Source of the DNA: Ginkgo biloba
Lineage: Eukaryota; Plantae; Ginkgophyta
DNA: 18,091 nt
Direction: 5' to 3'
Assembly (NCBI GenBank): GCA_024626585.2
Contig: JANKJI020000002.1
Location: 140,631,243-140,649,333, forward strand
Shown piece after piece: positions 1-10,397 of the stretch. Both the position numbers and the translations under genes were made by a program. Each line of letters opens with the position of its first letter. Position 1 is the stretch's first letter. A model generated the notes under the pieces. That model was not told where the DNA came from and searched no databases. It saw only the letters and a program-made list of their open reading frames with translations.

Positions 1-551
1 TGGTGTATCCAGACTACATGAAGTAAAGATAAATTGGTATTGCCCTTAATGGGTGAAGTGGAAAAAGCCTAAGTTATTATTATCACTAGAGAATATCGGT
101 GGCGAAGTGATGGTGAAAGAAATCATGAGTGTTTGATAAAGATGAGTGTTTGTAATAGAACATGATTTGAAGAATTTTTGATGCATTCAATACTCATTTT
201 TTAAGCAAGTTGTCCATAAAGGAAGAGTGTAGTTTTATTTACACAGGATAAATTTACTTATAAAAGNNNNNNNNNNNNNNNNNNNNNNNNNNNNNNNNNN
301 NNAAAGACATCATGTTTTCTTGGTTTATTGTATGGTGTTATGCTGAATGATAGGAACAAACACAAATAAAACAAAAGAAAACCATTATTGTTGAAAAGTA
401 TAAGACTAATTTGGAGACCCAATTCAAGTATCATAAATAATGTTGACTATAAATCCATGATGAATGAAGTAAAATAAAATAAAACATTATAAAGGAGTAC
501 CTAATTTTCTTTAAGANNNNNNNNNNNNNNNNNNNNNNNNNNNNNNNNNNN

Positions 552-864
552 GTCAAGGGATGTTAGGTGTTAAATAAGTTTTCATTAAAAGGGAGAGTTA
601 TAATTAATAACAAATTATAGATTTGTCCATAATTAGCTTAGTCATAAAGCTAATTTAAGAGTATGTCAAATATTGTGTTATATTGAGTGTTGTGTCAAGT
701 TATGTCAAAATATATGTCAAGACAAAGTCAGTTATAGATAATGCAATTATAATTTATCTATAAATATGTAATACTTGTACATGATATATCATATCAAGTA
801 ATAGTAATGAAATTAATATCTTATATAATATTTCCATCTCCGTCTCTATGTTATGATTTCAACA
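552..864 (+). mobile_element. 3' end of a degenerate Ty1/Copia LTR retrotransposon (end of pol, PPT, 3' LTR)
   Basis: CAAGGGATGTTAGGTGTT reads QGMLGV, like the C-terminal ...MLGV of Copia RNase H. It is followed by a purine tract AAAAGGGAG (587-595), then AGTTA (decayed TGTTA) at 596, CTATAAATA at 758-766, and a TTTCAACA terminus at 864. This gives an LTR of about 270 bp. Confidence 0.55.
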
Positions 865-2009
865 CTATTCCTAAGTTATATCTTAATATATTGAGAAGTG
901 CACTTGAAGATGCTTTTATGGGAGTCAAAGAGCATATATTTCCATATTGGAATATCCCATGAGATGTGGATTATCAATAATTATTTTATTATCACTAAAA
1001 TATATCCACCATCAAACAAGCCTCTAAAACACTCTCATATANNNNNNNNNNNNNNNNNNNNNNNNNNNNNNNNNNNNNNNNNNNNNNNNNNNNNNNNNNN
1101 NNNNNNNNNNNNNNNNNNNNNNNNNNNNNNNNNNNNNNNNNNNNNNNNNNNNNNNNNNNNNNNNNNNNNNNATTTTATAGGAAAAAAGGAAATTATAAAG
1201 GGTAGAGAATAGAGAAGAGAGGTATAATGAGCATGACGCATTGATAGACCTTTAAAGCACAAGATAGGCAAGTTGAGGGATAGCCATCAAGGTCCAATTA
1301 AAAGAAGTTGGGATTTCAAGTAGAATAATGATCCAAAGTAGGTGATGATATATAATAAAAATATGTAAATGGTGTAAGGAGGCCAATTGATTAAACATAA
1401 CTTCAGAGTAAAGGCTAAGATGTTTTTCATAAAGGGAAAGTGATGGTGAACAACAAATAAAATGATAAGAAAAAAGGGTAGTGGTTATGATAGGTTGGTG
1501 AAATTAATTTAGGGTTTTATAATAAAGGATCACTTTTTCATTTGATAAAATTTATAGTATTCATGTTTTATGCTAGGGAGGTCCTTTAGAGATATAATGA
1601 AATTCATCATGTTTTGTTCACAAATTGAAAATGTTCGATGAATTAGTTAGTGCACATATATATTAATTAGTGAATTGACCATGATCATCTCATAGAGATA
1701 GAGTAATATAGTCTCAATTTTCAATTAAAGTATGAGCTCATGGGAAGAGTCATGTCTAGATATTCTAGAAAGTCTATATAGGTACCCAATTACATTGAAA
1801 AGTATATCTCCATACACTTCAAATAACTAAAGTTAGAGAGATTATATATCTAGAAAAATTAATTCTATAGTTCAAAAAAGTGTTCCTAGTATTATTCTCA
1901 AGAATATAGTTTTTAAAGAATATTNNNNNNNNNNNNNNNNNNNNNNNNNNNNNNNNNNNNNNNNNNNNNNNNNNNNNNNNNNNNNNNGATAGTAATAATT
2001 TAATAAAAA

Positions 2010-2520
2010 AAATTGTAATCTTAACACATCTGTCAACTACTAAAACTTTGTTAAAATATGCCATAAAACCTCTAAAGTATCTTACATGGTTTAATGGTGA
2101 TGCACATTTGATATAACTTAGTACATGCTCCTCCATTAGGACTGGGAACTTCATTAGGGTCCATAATAGTTCCAAACTATAGATTATTATTGTATCTTAT
2201 GATGCCCCCTATCTTCATTAATTCCATCAAGCACTCATGATACCCTTATGGAAACTCACATAGTTATTCTCTTCTACATCCATAAATATCAAATCAACAA
2301 ACCCATACATCTCCTAATCTATTAAAAAATATAAAAAGTTAAATTAGAAAAAATCTATAGGCAATACTTTGAGAACATTAAATCCATATAAACTAATAAA
2401 ATTTTATTAGCCCACCCACCATAAATAATGCTAATCATGGATCCACCATTTATGAATAGATCTCTATGCCACCTATAGAAGTACACTCCATCACCCATTG
2501 AACAAAATTAAAATTTCATG
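2010..2520 (-). mobile_element. Degenerate L1-type LINE reverse transcriptase remnant
   Basis: The minus strand gives FVQWVMEC (2483-2506), then with a frameshift FINGGS (about 2439-2456). These resemble the plant L1 RT motif WIxWIMxC...S.L.NGS. Further on, VRYFRG resembles the L1 VRYLG motif. Many stops and frameshifts; boundaries approximate. Confidence 0.4.
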
Positions 2521-2686
2521 AATATAGTATATTTTCTTTGTCATAAGAAATTATAGCATGGTACCAATTAATGGAAACTTATAGTAAATATTTTCTAGAC
2601 TTTGATAATGGATTAAATAAGGTATACCCGCATTTTAATAAAGAGTATAGGATGTAGGATAATATTAAGACTATAAAACAATGTTA

Positions 2687-2785
2687 GTGTTTTCAATATA
2701 TAAAAGATTTGAGAATCTCATGCCATTCAATGGGAGCACTGCATGTGTTTTCAACATATAGAAGATTTAGAAATCTCATGCAATT
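2687..2785. repeat. Degenerate direct repeat, 2 copies, 58-bp period
   Basis: GTGTTTTCAATATATAAAAGATTTGAGAATCTCATGCCATT at 2687 vs GTGTTTTCAACATATAGAAGATTTAGAAATCTCATGCAATT at 2745. Confidence 0.75.
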
Positions 2786-3710
2786 TGACATAGACGGTAG
2801 TAGATTGTAGGCATAGAGAGCTAATACACTTTTTTTGTATGAATCTAAATGAAATATTGAATGATTGTTGGAATGTTTCATTGAGGAAAATATAAATAGT
2901 CTCCATTTCCCTTAAATATAAATAAGATCCTCCTGTAATAAATATAAAGATATTATAAGATTGCATCAAATATAAATATTCTTTACAACAAATATATGTT
3001 GTATCTTCAAGGTTAAATACATATAGATCATACAAAATGAAACAAAAAACTAGATGAAGCTTGAGAACCAAAGAAAGTCGACATGTCNNNNNNNNNNNNN
3101 NNNNNNNNNNNNNNNNNNNNNNNNNNNNNNNNNNNNNNNNNNNNNNNNNNNNNNNNNNNNNNNNNNNNNNNNNNNNNNNNNNNNNNNCCATTTATAAACC
3201 CATAAGTTCTACGACTTTCTTTCATCATACCACATTCCTCATGCCAACCCCTGAGACCCAAACTCCTGATAAATTCAATTTAACATTGTGTCAGGTTTGC
3301 AGGTTTTCAAACCCTTTTCCACTATTTGGGTCTCGACCTCTTGGGCCTTGATAACCCAATGTCAATTAAATACACCATATAAGAATTTTGGGTCCAGTGG
3401 AGCTTTGCTACATACATAAGGCCACAGGTCCAAAACTATGCATACCNNNNNNNNNNNNNNNNNNNNNNNNNNNNNNNNNNNNNNNNNNTATGAGCTCCTG
3501 CTCATAAGTCATTCCTTTCTTTTCTACACCACTAAGGCATGTTTGATTATGCTCATGGTGCTCTGTCCATATTTCTACCCTTTCATTCTTGGCTATAGGA
3601 TTTTATGTACTAGCTCAGGCTCTGCTTCGTAATATCAAAGATCTTCTAATCTTCTCCCTTTACTTTCCTAATACCAAAAGCCTTATCAAATAATTATGCT
3701 TTAAACATCC

Positions 3711-3725
3711 ATGGCTCTGATACCA
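3711..3725 (-). mobile_element. LTR retrotransposon primer-binding site (tRNA-iMet type)
   Basis: The minus strand reads ...TATCA tt TGGTATCAGAGCCAT: the canonical plant PBS, 2 nt after an LTR-terminal CA. Confidence 0.85.
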
Positions 3726-3727
3726 AA

Positions 3728-4030
3728 TGATATAGCGTAGTGTTTGAGGATAATGTATACACAAGCAAGATGGTCTCGTATACATGTTAATCACCTTGCC
3801 ACCCAGAACTGCACTGCCTCTAGGATCTTTACAACCCAACGAAGCTCCCAATATGGAGGCACGATCAGTCCATCATGTGCAATCTGTAGAATCTTAAAAA
3901 AAAACTCATAGTGGGCACCCATAAACATAGTAAGAAAGAATTAAGCAATTTTGCACACCATAGGACAAGAGAAAAATATTTTTAACTCAAGAAACCCTTA
4001 CGGGGAATAAAACTATATATCTCATTAAGA
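3728..4030 (-). mobile_element. 5' LTR (at least the PBS-proximal part) of a degenerate LTR retrotransposon
   Basis: Starts TGATA on + (terminal TATCA on -) directly beside the PBS. The far boundary could not be located, so the end coordinate is approximate. No intact gag is visible to the left. Confidence 0.5.
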
Positions 4031-7000
4031 TTTAAAATATGAAATGTTAAATTATATTAACCCTCAGTGGGTTCGTCCTCACTATTGGAGGGCCATACAT
4101 AAGATTTACCATTAATATTTTATTTTATATATTGGGACACTGCCCCTGCATTCATGAGTTGCCTCTCTGTCACTGAATCTACTCATCATCAACACATGAT
4201 AAAACTCACATAGCCATCCTCTTTGATTACCTCTCTCGATGATCTGTCTATATCCTCATCCTCTACTTGGAAAAATTCACCTTTGCCCCTTTTTAGTTGG
4301 CCTCAATACTACGGCAGAATCATCCATCATCCATAGAATATTGACTGCCTCTATCAGTGGTTCTGTCAATCTTTAAGTGCCTCTAACACCAAATATCTCA
4401 GTTAGCTATTACTCCTTGGTAAAATTCTTCATCGTTGACATCCTCTNNNNNNNNNNNNNNNNNNNNNNNNNNNNNNNNNNNNNNNNNNNNNNNNNNNNNN
4501 NNNNNNNNNNNNNNNNNNNNNNNNNNNNNNNNNNNNNNNNNNNNNNCTTATATGTATTTTAACATAAGAAATTAAAATATATTTATGTGCAAGAAATTAT
4601 GGAGAAGTAAATATTTATATTAATAAAACTACTGAAGGTACAATGGCGCTAATGGCTCTTAATATCTAAAAAATATCTAATTGAGAAGATATATTTGTCC
4701 TCTAATTTTTAATGAATAAATTCATCTTCTACTACGTATACAATCATTCTCTTGCAAGTATCTTGGTCTTGTCCATATTCATGGCTTTATAAATTAGTAA
4801 GATTTTATGATTAGTAAGTGATTTTATCAGATTAGAAAAAATAAAAGCTTCATGAACTTATTTAGTAAAAAGCTATCTAGGATAAAGATAAAAGATTATC
4901 TTAACCCATATCTTAATAAAAACTAATTTAATAAATTTAAAGAAAACACTATATAAGAAAAGACAAAAGATTTACCCTGATTTTTTTAGCAAAAACTAAT
5001 TTTCTCAATTTAGTATAAAGTTATTTAGAAAGAAGAACAAAGCCTATTCTAATTATTTTTAGCAAAATGAGATAGCTATCAATAACTAATTAATTTATCT
5101 CACTTATTTTTTACAATGAAATAAGTAGGGAATAAAGACTAGCTAGCCTCTTTATATAAGGGTGCTTCATGTAACTTTGGGCACATCAAGAAACTACCCA
5201 AATATGTGCGATTCAACGTTTTAGGTCAAAGTTATTTGACATCTTTATTTTTTATATAAAGTTCATATGGGCTAAGACATTAGTTCTATAGTAGTTTGTT
5301 ACTAATATATTAGCCATAAGTTCATGAATCTCTGCAATAAAGTCTTTTTGCAAATACTACTCTTAGGAAAAAGATAACTACTTTATAAGGTTGAGAATGA
5401 AATCCTTAGTATTAAGATAATGCCAAGTGAACAAATTTAAAAAAAAAAAAAAATTATGTTCCTCTTTAGATTTATGTNNNNNNNNNNNNNNNNNNNNNNN
5501 NNNNNNNNNNNNNNNNNNNACCCTCTGCTCTTTTAAGAAAGATCTTTGAGGAGGGTGATATGAGGTCAAGTGAGTCTAATTTTGTGTAGACATCATTATT
5601 CAAATGTATGAAATAAGACTTGTGAGATATATAATTTATTCCTCCTTAAAATGTATCTCTTTTGTTCACATATTATTCTCTCCACTCTTTTAAAATTTAT
5701 CATTGAAGAAGTTGATATGAGATATTGTTCTCTCCACTCTTTTGGCATGATTATACAAGACCCATGAGATATACAAAAAAATTCTATTATTTAGGAGGTA
5801 AAGATGTTTTGTGCTCATATGAATCTTTAAATAAATTTGATTACATATCATCTCACAAATTTAATTAAATGAGAGCTTTGTAACTTCCTTAAAGCATCTT
5901 ACAAGTTTCTTTTAAAAAAACTAGAAAAACCCTTATCATTTAACCATATTTAGTTGACTTAGCTCATTAGATCTTTTCTAAAAATGTAGTGAGAAATGAC
6001 AAATAAGCTTCATAAAAGTTAGTCCAACTACTTAATTTATAAGCATTAGTAAGTTGCCTTAAAAATATTAAGCTAATATTAGAACTCTTATTTATTAAAA
6101 GAATATGCAAAGTGTTTGGAATAGTAGAGAAAAGTACTACTTTTTAGCCTATAGTTATCACATGTATTTTTATCTCTTCTTTCATATCAGGGACTTTAGA
6201 TTTATGCCTTACATTTTTTAATTCTTTTTTATAAAATTAATAGCATCTATAATTTTTTCTCTAAGTCCTTTTAATTATTCCCATTTTAAAAAACATATGG
6301 TATATACACACTTATTAAAAATCTATTGCTTCTTAAATCATATATGAAAGCAATGATTGGGCAGCTTGATGGCCATTAGTCTTATTCTTTTGNNNNNNNN
6401 NNNNNNNNNNNNNNATTTTTATTCTTAGAATAATGTGCAGAGTTACAAAAGATTATTATATCTTAAATCATACCTTAAAGTAATGGGAAAAAGAGGCAAG
6501 CAATGACTCACCACTAAATTGCTCTCATTTTTAGAGATATACTACATGGTAAATAACAAACAAATTTTATACATGGTAAAAAGTACTGTAAGCAAATATG
6601 TATTTGTCATAAGAAATTATTTGTTTTGGAATTACTTCAAATAGAGCCATGTGGTGAAGAGTCCTTGCCTTGAGTTGTNNNNNNNNNNNNNNNNNNNNNN
6701 NNNNNNNNNNNNNNNNNNNNNNNNNNNNNNNNNNNNNNNNNNNNNNNNNNNNNNNNNNNNNNNNNNNNNNNNNNNNNNAGTTGTTTTTCATCTAAGAGGA
6801 AAAAAATTATTTCATATTAATAATATATTTGCAAATAAATGCTCTTAGATATTCGCAAATAAATACACTTTAAAAAACAAAATTGATGACACGTTTCCAA
6901 AGCTCCTCGAGAGAATACTTGAAAGTGATTCATATCCATAAAATTTGCATGGACATGAAAGAATTTTGAGAATAAACTATTAACAAGTTTGTTTTAGCAT

Positions 7001-7116
7001 TTTTTATTCTCNNNNNNNNNNNNNNNNNNNNNATGTACAAATGATGTTGAAGCGATGGCATAAATAACACGAGGAAATGACGTTTCTACTATTTGGTGAA
7101 TTTATTAAGCAATATT

Positions 7117-7166
7117 ATCCCACATTGACAAATATTACGAGCATTCACAATGAAAGTACTATAAAA
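7117..7166 (+). promoter_or_regulatory. Plant Pol II snRNA promoter: USE plus TATA box
   Basis: ATCCCACATTG (7117-7127; consensus RTCCCACATCG) and TATAAAA (7160-7166) are separated by 32 nt. This is the Pol II spacing; Pol III snRNA genes have about 10 nt less. TATA starts 32 nt upstream of U4 +1. Confidence 0.93.
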
Positions 7167-7191
7167 TTAAAAGCCTAGGCATTATAGAGGT

Positions 7192-7343
7192 ATCTTTGCG
7201 CTTGGGGCAATGACGCAGCTAGTGAGGTAAAACCGAGGCGCGTCAATTGCTGGTTGAAAACTATTTCCAAACCCCCTCTTCGGCCTTGGTTCATCCTTGG
7301 CCGTAGAGAATTTTTGAAAGGCCCGCCATTTGGTTCGGGCCTC
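7192..7343 (+). ncRNA. U4: U4 spliceosomal snRNA
   Basis: Begins ATCTTTGCGCTTGGGGCAATGACGCAGCT, the plant U4 5' end and U6 stem II partner. Has the 5' K-turn stem-loop (GTGAGG-TAAAA-CCGAGGCGCGTC), TGCTGGTT (U6 stem I partner), GAAAACTATTTCCAAACCCCCTC, central stem-loop GGCC...GGCC, Sm site AATTTTTG and 3' hairpin AGGCCCG...CGGGCCT. Length about 152 nt with a proper promoter. Confidence 0.97.
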
Positions 7344-7357
7344 AAAACCAATTTTAA
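7343..7357 (+). terminator. Possible degenerate snRNA 3' box
   Basis: CA-AAACCA-ATTTTAA vs plant consensus CA(N3-10)AGTNNAA: one mismatch, at the conserved G. Confidence 0.35.
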
Positions 7358-7798
7358 AACTAAATTAGGGATTTCTAAGCAACATTGCCTAAAAAGAGTG
7401 CATCTGTGTGTTGTGGCAGGGGCTATTGTGCAAGTCCAGGTCTGGACAAAGGTTAAGGGACAAGTATTGATTCGTAAGTGATTGAGATTAGCCAAAAACT
7501 GTTTGTGGTTCCGTGTTAATATTTAAGGTTTTAGTGTCTTTTGGTAATTGTTGATATGTTCGAGGTATCTCTTTTAGTTGTAGCCTTTGTTTTTGTCGTG
7601 TTAATGGTTGATTTTCCTTCATATTTCTGTCCCCAAAAGGTGCGTTTCATTGAAAATATGGATGTTCACTTTAATGCGCGAGATCACTTTCATGGGTGTT
7701 GTATATTTGGCATCAACGTCAATGGGCTATTGTGTTTCACAGATGTTTGATTGTTCCCGTTTTTAAGCTTATTATCGGGTGAGTGTTCTTCTAGATTT

Positions 7799-8235
7799 CT
7801 GGTATAATTATTGAGGTGAAATCAAAGGTGTTCCACCTTTGGCTTCTGAATCGTTACCAGCGCACAAGTTAAATATGCATGATTATACAGGCTTTTGCCG
7901 CTGTTCGCATCATTCTTTATGGAGTGAAGGGCGATTGTCAATCTTCGTGAGGGCAGCTTGATAGTCCTGTGGGGGATCTTTGCCCATATTGCTTGGGAAC
8001 ATTGGGGTGGATGGGTTAAATTTCTCTCCTCATTCTTCTGCCCTCAGAGTTGGTGCAGAATGGAATAATTTAGGGAGGGGGAAGGGAGCAGTTGCACAAG
8101 TTGAGTCATTTTTGTGAATGTTGATTGCTGGGGAGCCTTACTATTTGATCTGATCTTTTCTGAAGCGGTCTTCAGACTTGACAAGCCAGATTAGTCAACA
8201 TTGGCCTGCCTTCGGTTCAGAATCCGTAGCATGGA
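7799..8235 (+). ncRNA. Candidate structured non-coding RNA of unknown family
   Basis: Consecutive helices: CTGGTA/TACCAG enclosing CAAAGGTG/CACCTTTG; ACAGG/CCTGT plus GCTGTTC/GGGCAGC closing a 3-way junction; GCCCAT/ATGGGT; TTCTGC/GCAGAA; CACAAG/TTTGTG; AATGTTGATT/AGTCAACATT enclosing CTGG/CCAG and TCTGAAG/CTTCAGA; TCCGT/ATGGA. No long ORF. Visibly more GC-rich than the flanks. Confidence 0.45.
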
Positions 8236-8265
8236 ATATCCGTAAGTAAACCCTCTAATTTCATA

Positions 8266-8352
8266 CCTTGCGAAAGTATATACTTCCATGAACTGAAAAT
8301 TTGGTTCCTTGCGAAAGTATATACTTCCATGAAGTGAATATTTGGTTCCTTG
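8266..8352. repeat. Tandem repeat, 41-bp unit, about 2.1 copies, with internal palindrome
   Basis: CCTTGCGAAAGTATATACTTCCATGAA(C/G)TGAA(A/T)ATTTGGTT at 8266 and 8307, with CCTTG again at 8348. Each unit contains the perfect palindrome AAGTATATACTT. Confidence 0.9.
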
Positions 8353-8370
8353 AAGTTTTATTAGGGTACA

Positions 8371-8989
8371 CTAGTCCTGCCAGTAGCAAATTATTTGCCA
8401 CGGGCAGTCCTCCCCCGCCCACCCCGTGCCCTGCCCGCCCTCCGCTCTTTGCCCCAGTGCCCCTATCCACCCTCCGCAGTAAATGACGGCACGGGGAGGG
8501 GTGCGGGGAGTAAATGAAGACCACATGGCCCTCATTTACTCTCCACACCCTCTCTCGAGGGCGGCAGGGAGTCCCCCCGTCCACGCCCTCTCCCNNNNNN
8601 NNNNNNNNNNNNNNNNNNNNNNNNNNNNNNNNNNNNNNNNNNNNNNNNNNNNNNNNNNNNNNNNNNNNNNNNNNNNNNNNNNNNNNNNNNNNNNCGGCGC
8701 CCTCCCGGTGCTCTCTCACTGGCGCCCTCTCCGTCCCCTATTACGCTGATGTCCCCTCTCATGATGCCATATCTCATCGGTGACCTCTTGTCAGTCCCGT
8801 CCCCTCTCTCGTTGGTGTCCTTTCTTTCGTTGGCCCCCTCTCCGTCCCCCCCTCCCGCACACAAAGGAGGTAAATGGCCCTCATTTACTCCTCGTACCCC
8901 CTCCTATATTACAAAAAAAAATGTAACTCCGTGACAGGAATTTCTCTCTCCTGTCACGGTTTTGTGTTGTTTTTTAGTAATATAGTATA
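8371..8989 (-). mobile_element. Non-autonomous Helitron-like element (GC-rich, multiple internal inverted repeats)
   Basis: The minus strand starts TTATACTATATTACTAAAAAA (like Helitron 5' TCTATACTA..., though the TC itself is missing). It ends GCCCGTGGCAAATAATTTGCTACTGGCAGGA-CTAG|T, a subterminal hairpin plus CTAG before T. GC content shifts sharply relative to the flanks. Confidence 0.6.
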
Positions 8990-9282
8990 AGGGTACATTA
9001 GGGTACATTAGAAAGATCCAAGTCATAGTAAATTAGGGGAGGAATGACTTCTTCAATTTAGGCTTGGTTGGNNNNNNNNNNNNNNNNNNNNNNNNNNNNN
9101 NNGTTGTTAAGTTACATTTTGATGACGTTTTTAGTATGGATATAGCACTTCAATTGATGTTTTAGAATAAATGAATTACACGTGTCAACATGAATTTACA
9201 CCATGTTGCACTTATAAATGGTAGCCTTTGCGCCGACTTATTGATGGTGGTGTGATATCAAAAGAATATTATGATATCATGG

Positions 9283-9453
9283 GACTAATGGTTTAAGCTT
9301 CATTGCAAGCACCAAGGGAAATTTAACTACTTGCTAGTTAAATAGACTAATGGCTTAAGCTTCATTGCAAGCACCAAGGGGAATTTAACTACTTGGTAGT
9401 TAAATAGACTAATGGCTTAAGTTTTATTGCAAGCACTAGAGGGGCATTTAATT
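9283..9453. repeat. Tandem repeat, 62-bp unit, about 2.7 copies
   Basis: GACTAATGG(T/C)TTAAGCTTCATTGCAAGCACCAAGGG... starts at 9283, 9345 and 9407. The full units contain the hairpin ATTTAACTAC-TTG-(C/G)TAGTTAAAT. Confidence 0.92.
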
Positions 9454-10343
9454 GCAGAGTACTTTAATATTAATATTTGAATTCATTCTATGTTTTATTA
9501 TTGCAAAGAATTGTTAATTTATTCTTTAGATAAAAATTGTAGAGCTATAAGCTATAACATAGGTTGAATGCTAACGATTATCTTTTATGATGGCTATGAG
9601 AATTTAGAAGTTAGATTAGAGCATCTAACATTTAGAAATGTTAGAAGAGAATTTGAGATTTAATTTTATCATTANNNNNNNNNNNNNNNNNNNNNNNNNN
9701 NNNNNNNNNNNNNNNNNNNNNNNNNNNNNATGCCCATTTTACATTGTAGAAGTGTAATTGATAATTTATAATTGATTTGTGGGGTTTAAATTTGTGTTGT
9801 CCTGAAAATAATGATCATTATTTGCTTAAATGTTAATTCCATGATTTAGATTAGGGTTTATTGTGTAAATTTGAGAGGCAATAAATCAAACTAAGTGTTG
9901 TACCTATTGGACTTTAACTTAGAATTTCGCCCTTTTTTGAGCAAGGATAATTAACAAATGANNNNNNNNNNNNNNNNNNAAAACATCCTCTTTATCATGT
10001 TCCCAATAAATAAGGTGTTTAAAATTGTCCTTAGTAGGAAGATCCCATGGAGGGGGCTTTTGAATTTTTTTTAATGGTTGCTATTGAGAAAAATTTAGTT
10101 GCATAAAATTATATCAGCAAATTTGATCAGGTACGTGTGGATTAGACAATGCTCATAACTCACAGTGAAGTCTAGGCCCCCCTCTTCAGCGGTTGTTAGA
10201 AATGAATTATCAAAGTAGTTGGAGCTTTGTGTTTTATGGAAGAGATTATGATTCTTTTTTGTAGATTCAAATTTTTGGTTCATGGGACCTTTGATTCTTG
10301 ATAATTAGAAGCCTAGTGGTCTCCATGGGACCTTCTTGTAAGA

Positions 10344-10397
10344 GACAACTTTAAAGATAAGGATCTTGACTAAGTGACAACTTTAAAGATAAGCATC
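10344..10397. repeat. Short direct repeat, 32-bp period
   Basis: GACAACTTTAAAGATAAG(G/C)ATC at 10344 and 10376. Confidence 0.8.

Noticed and set aside
5670-5743. 22-bp direct repeat ATATT(A/G)TTCTCTCCACTCTTTT, 52-bp period
   Set aside because: Real but an ordinary local duplication with no further structure.
6645-6658. GAGCCATGTGGTGA resembles the plant U5 snRNA 5' end
   Set aside because: No U5 loop I (GCCTTTTAC) in the visible sequence that follows, and no USE upstream.
8247-8254. TAAACCCT as a telomerase RNA template
   Set aside because: No Pol III-spaced USE/TATA upstream, no recognisable plant TR conserved regions, and it overlaps a splice-donor motif. The 8-mer is common in plant DNA.
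9120-9193. TGATGA box C of an intronic C/D snoRNA
   Set aside because: No properly placed CTGA D box or terminal stem, and no recognisable antisense element.
9283-9453. Palindromic repeats as a CRISPR array
   Set aside because: Units are contiguous with no unique spacers, the context is eukaryotic, and there are no cas genes.
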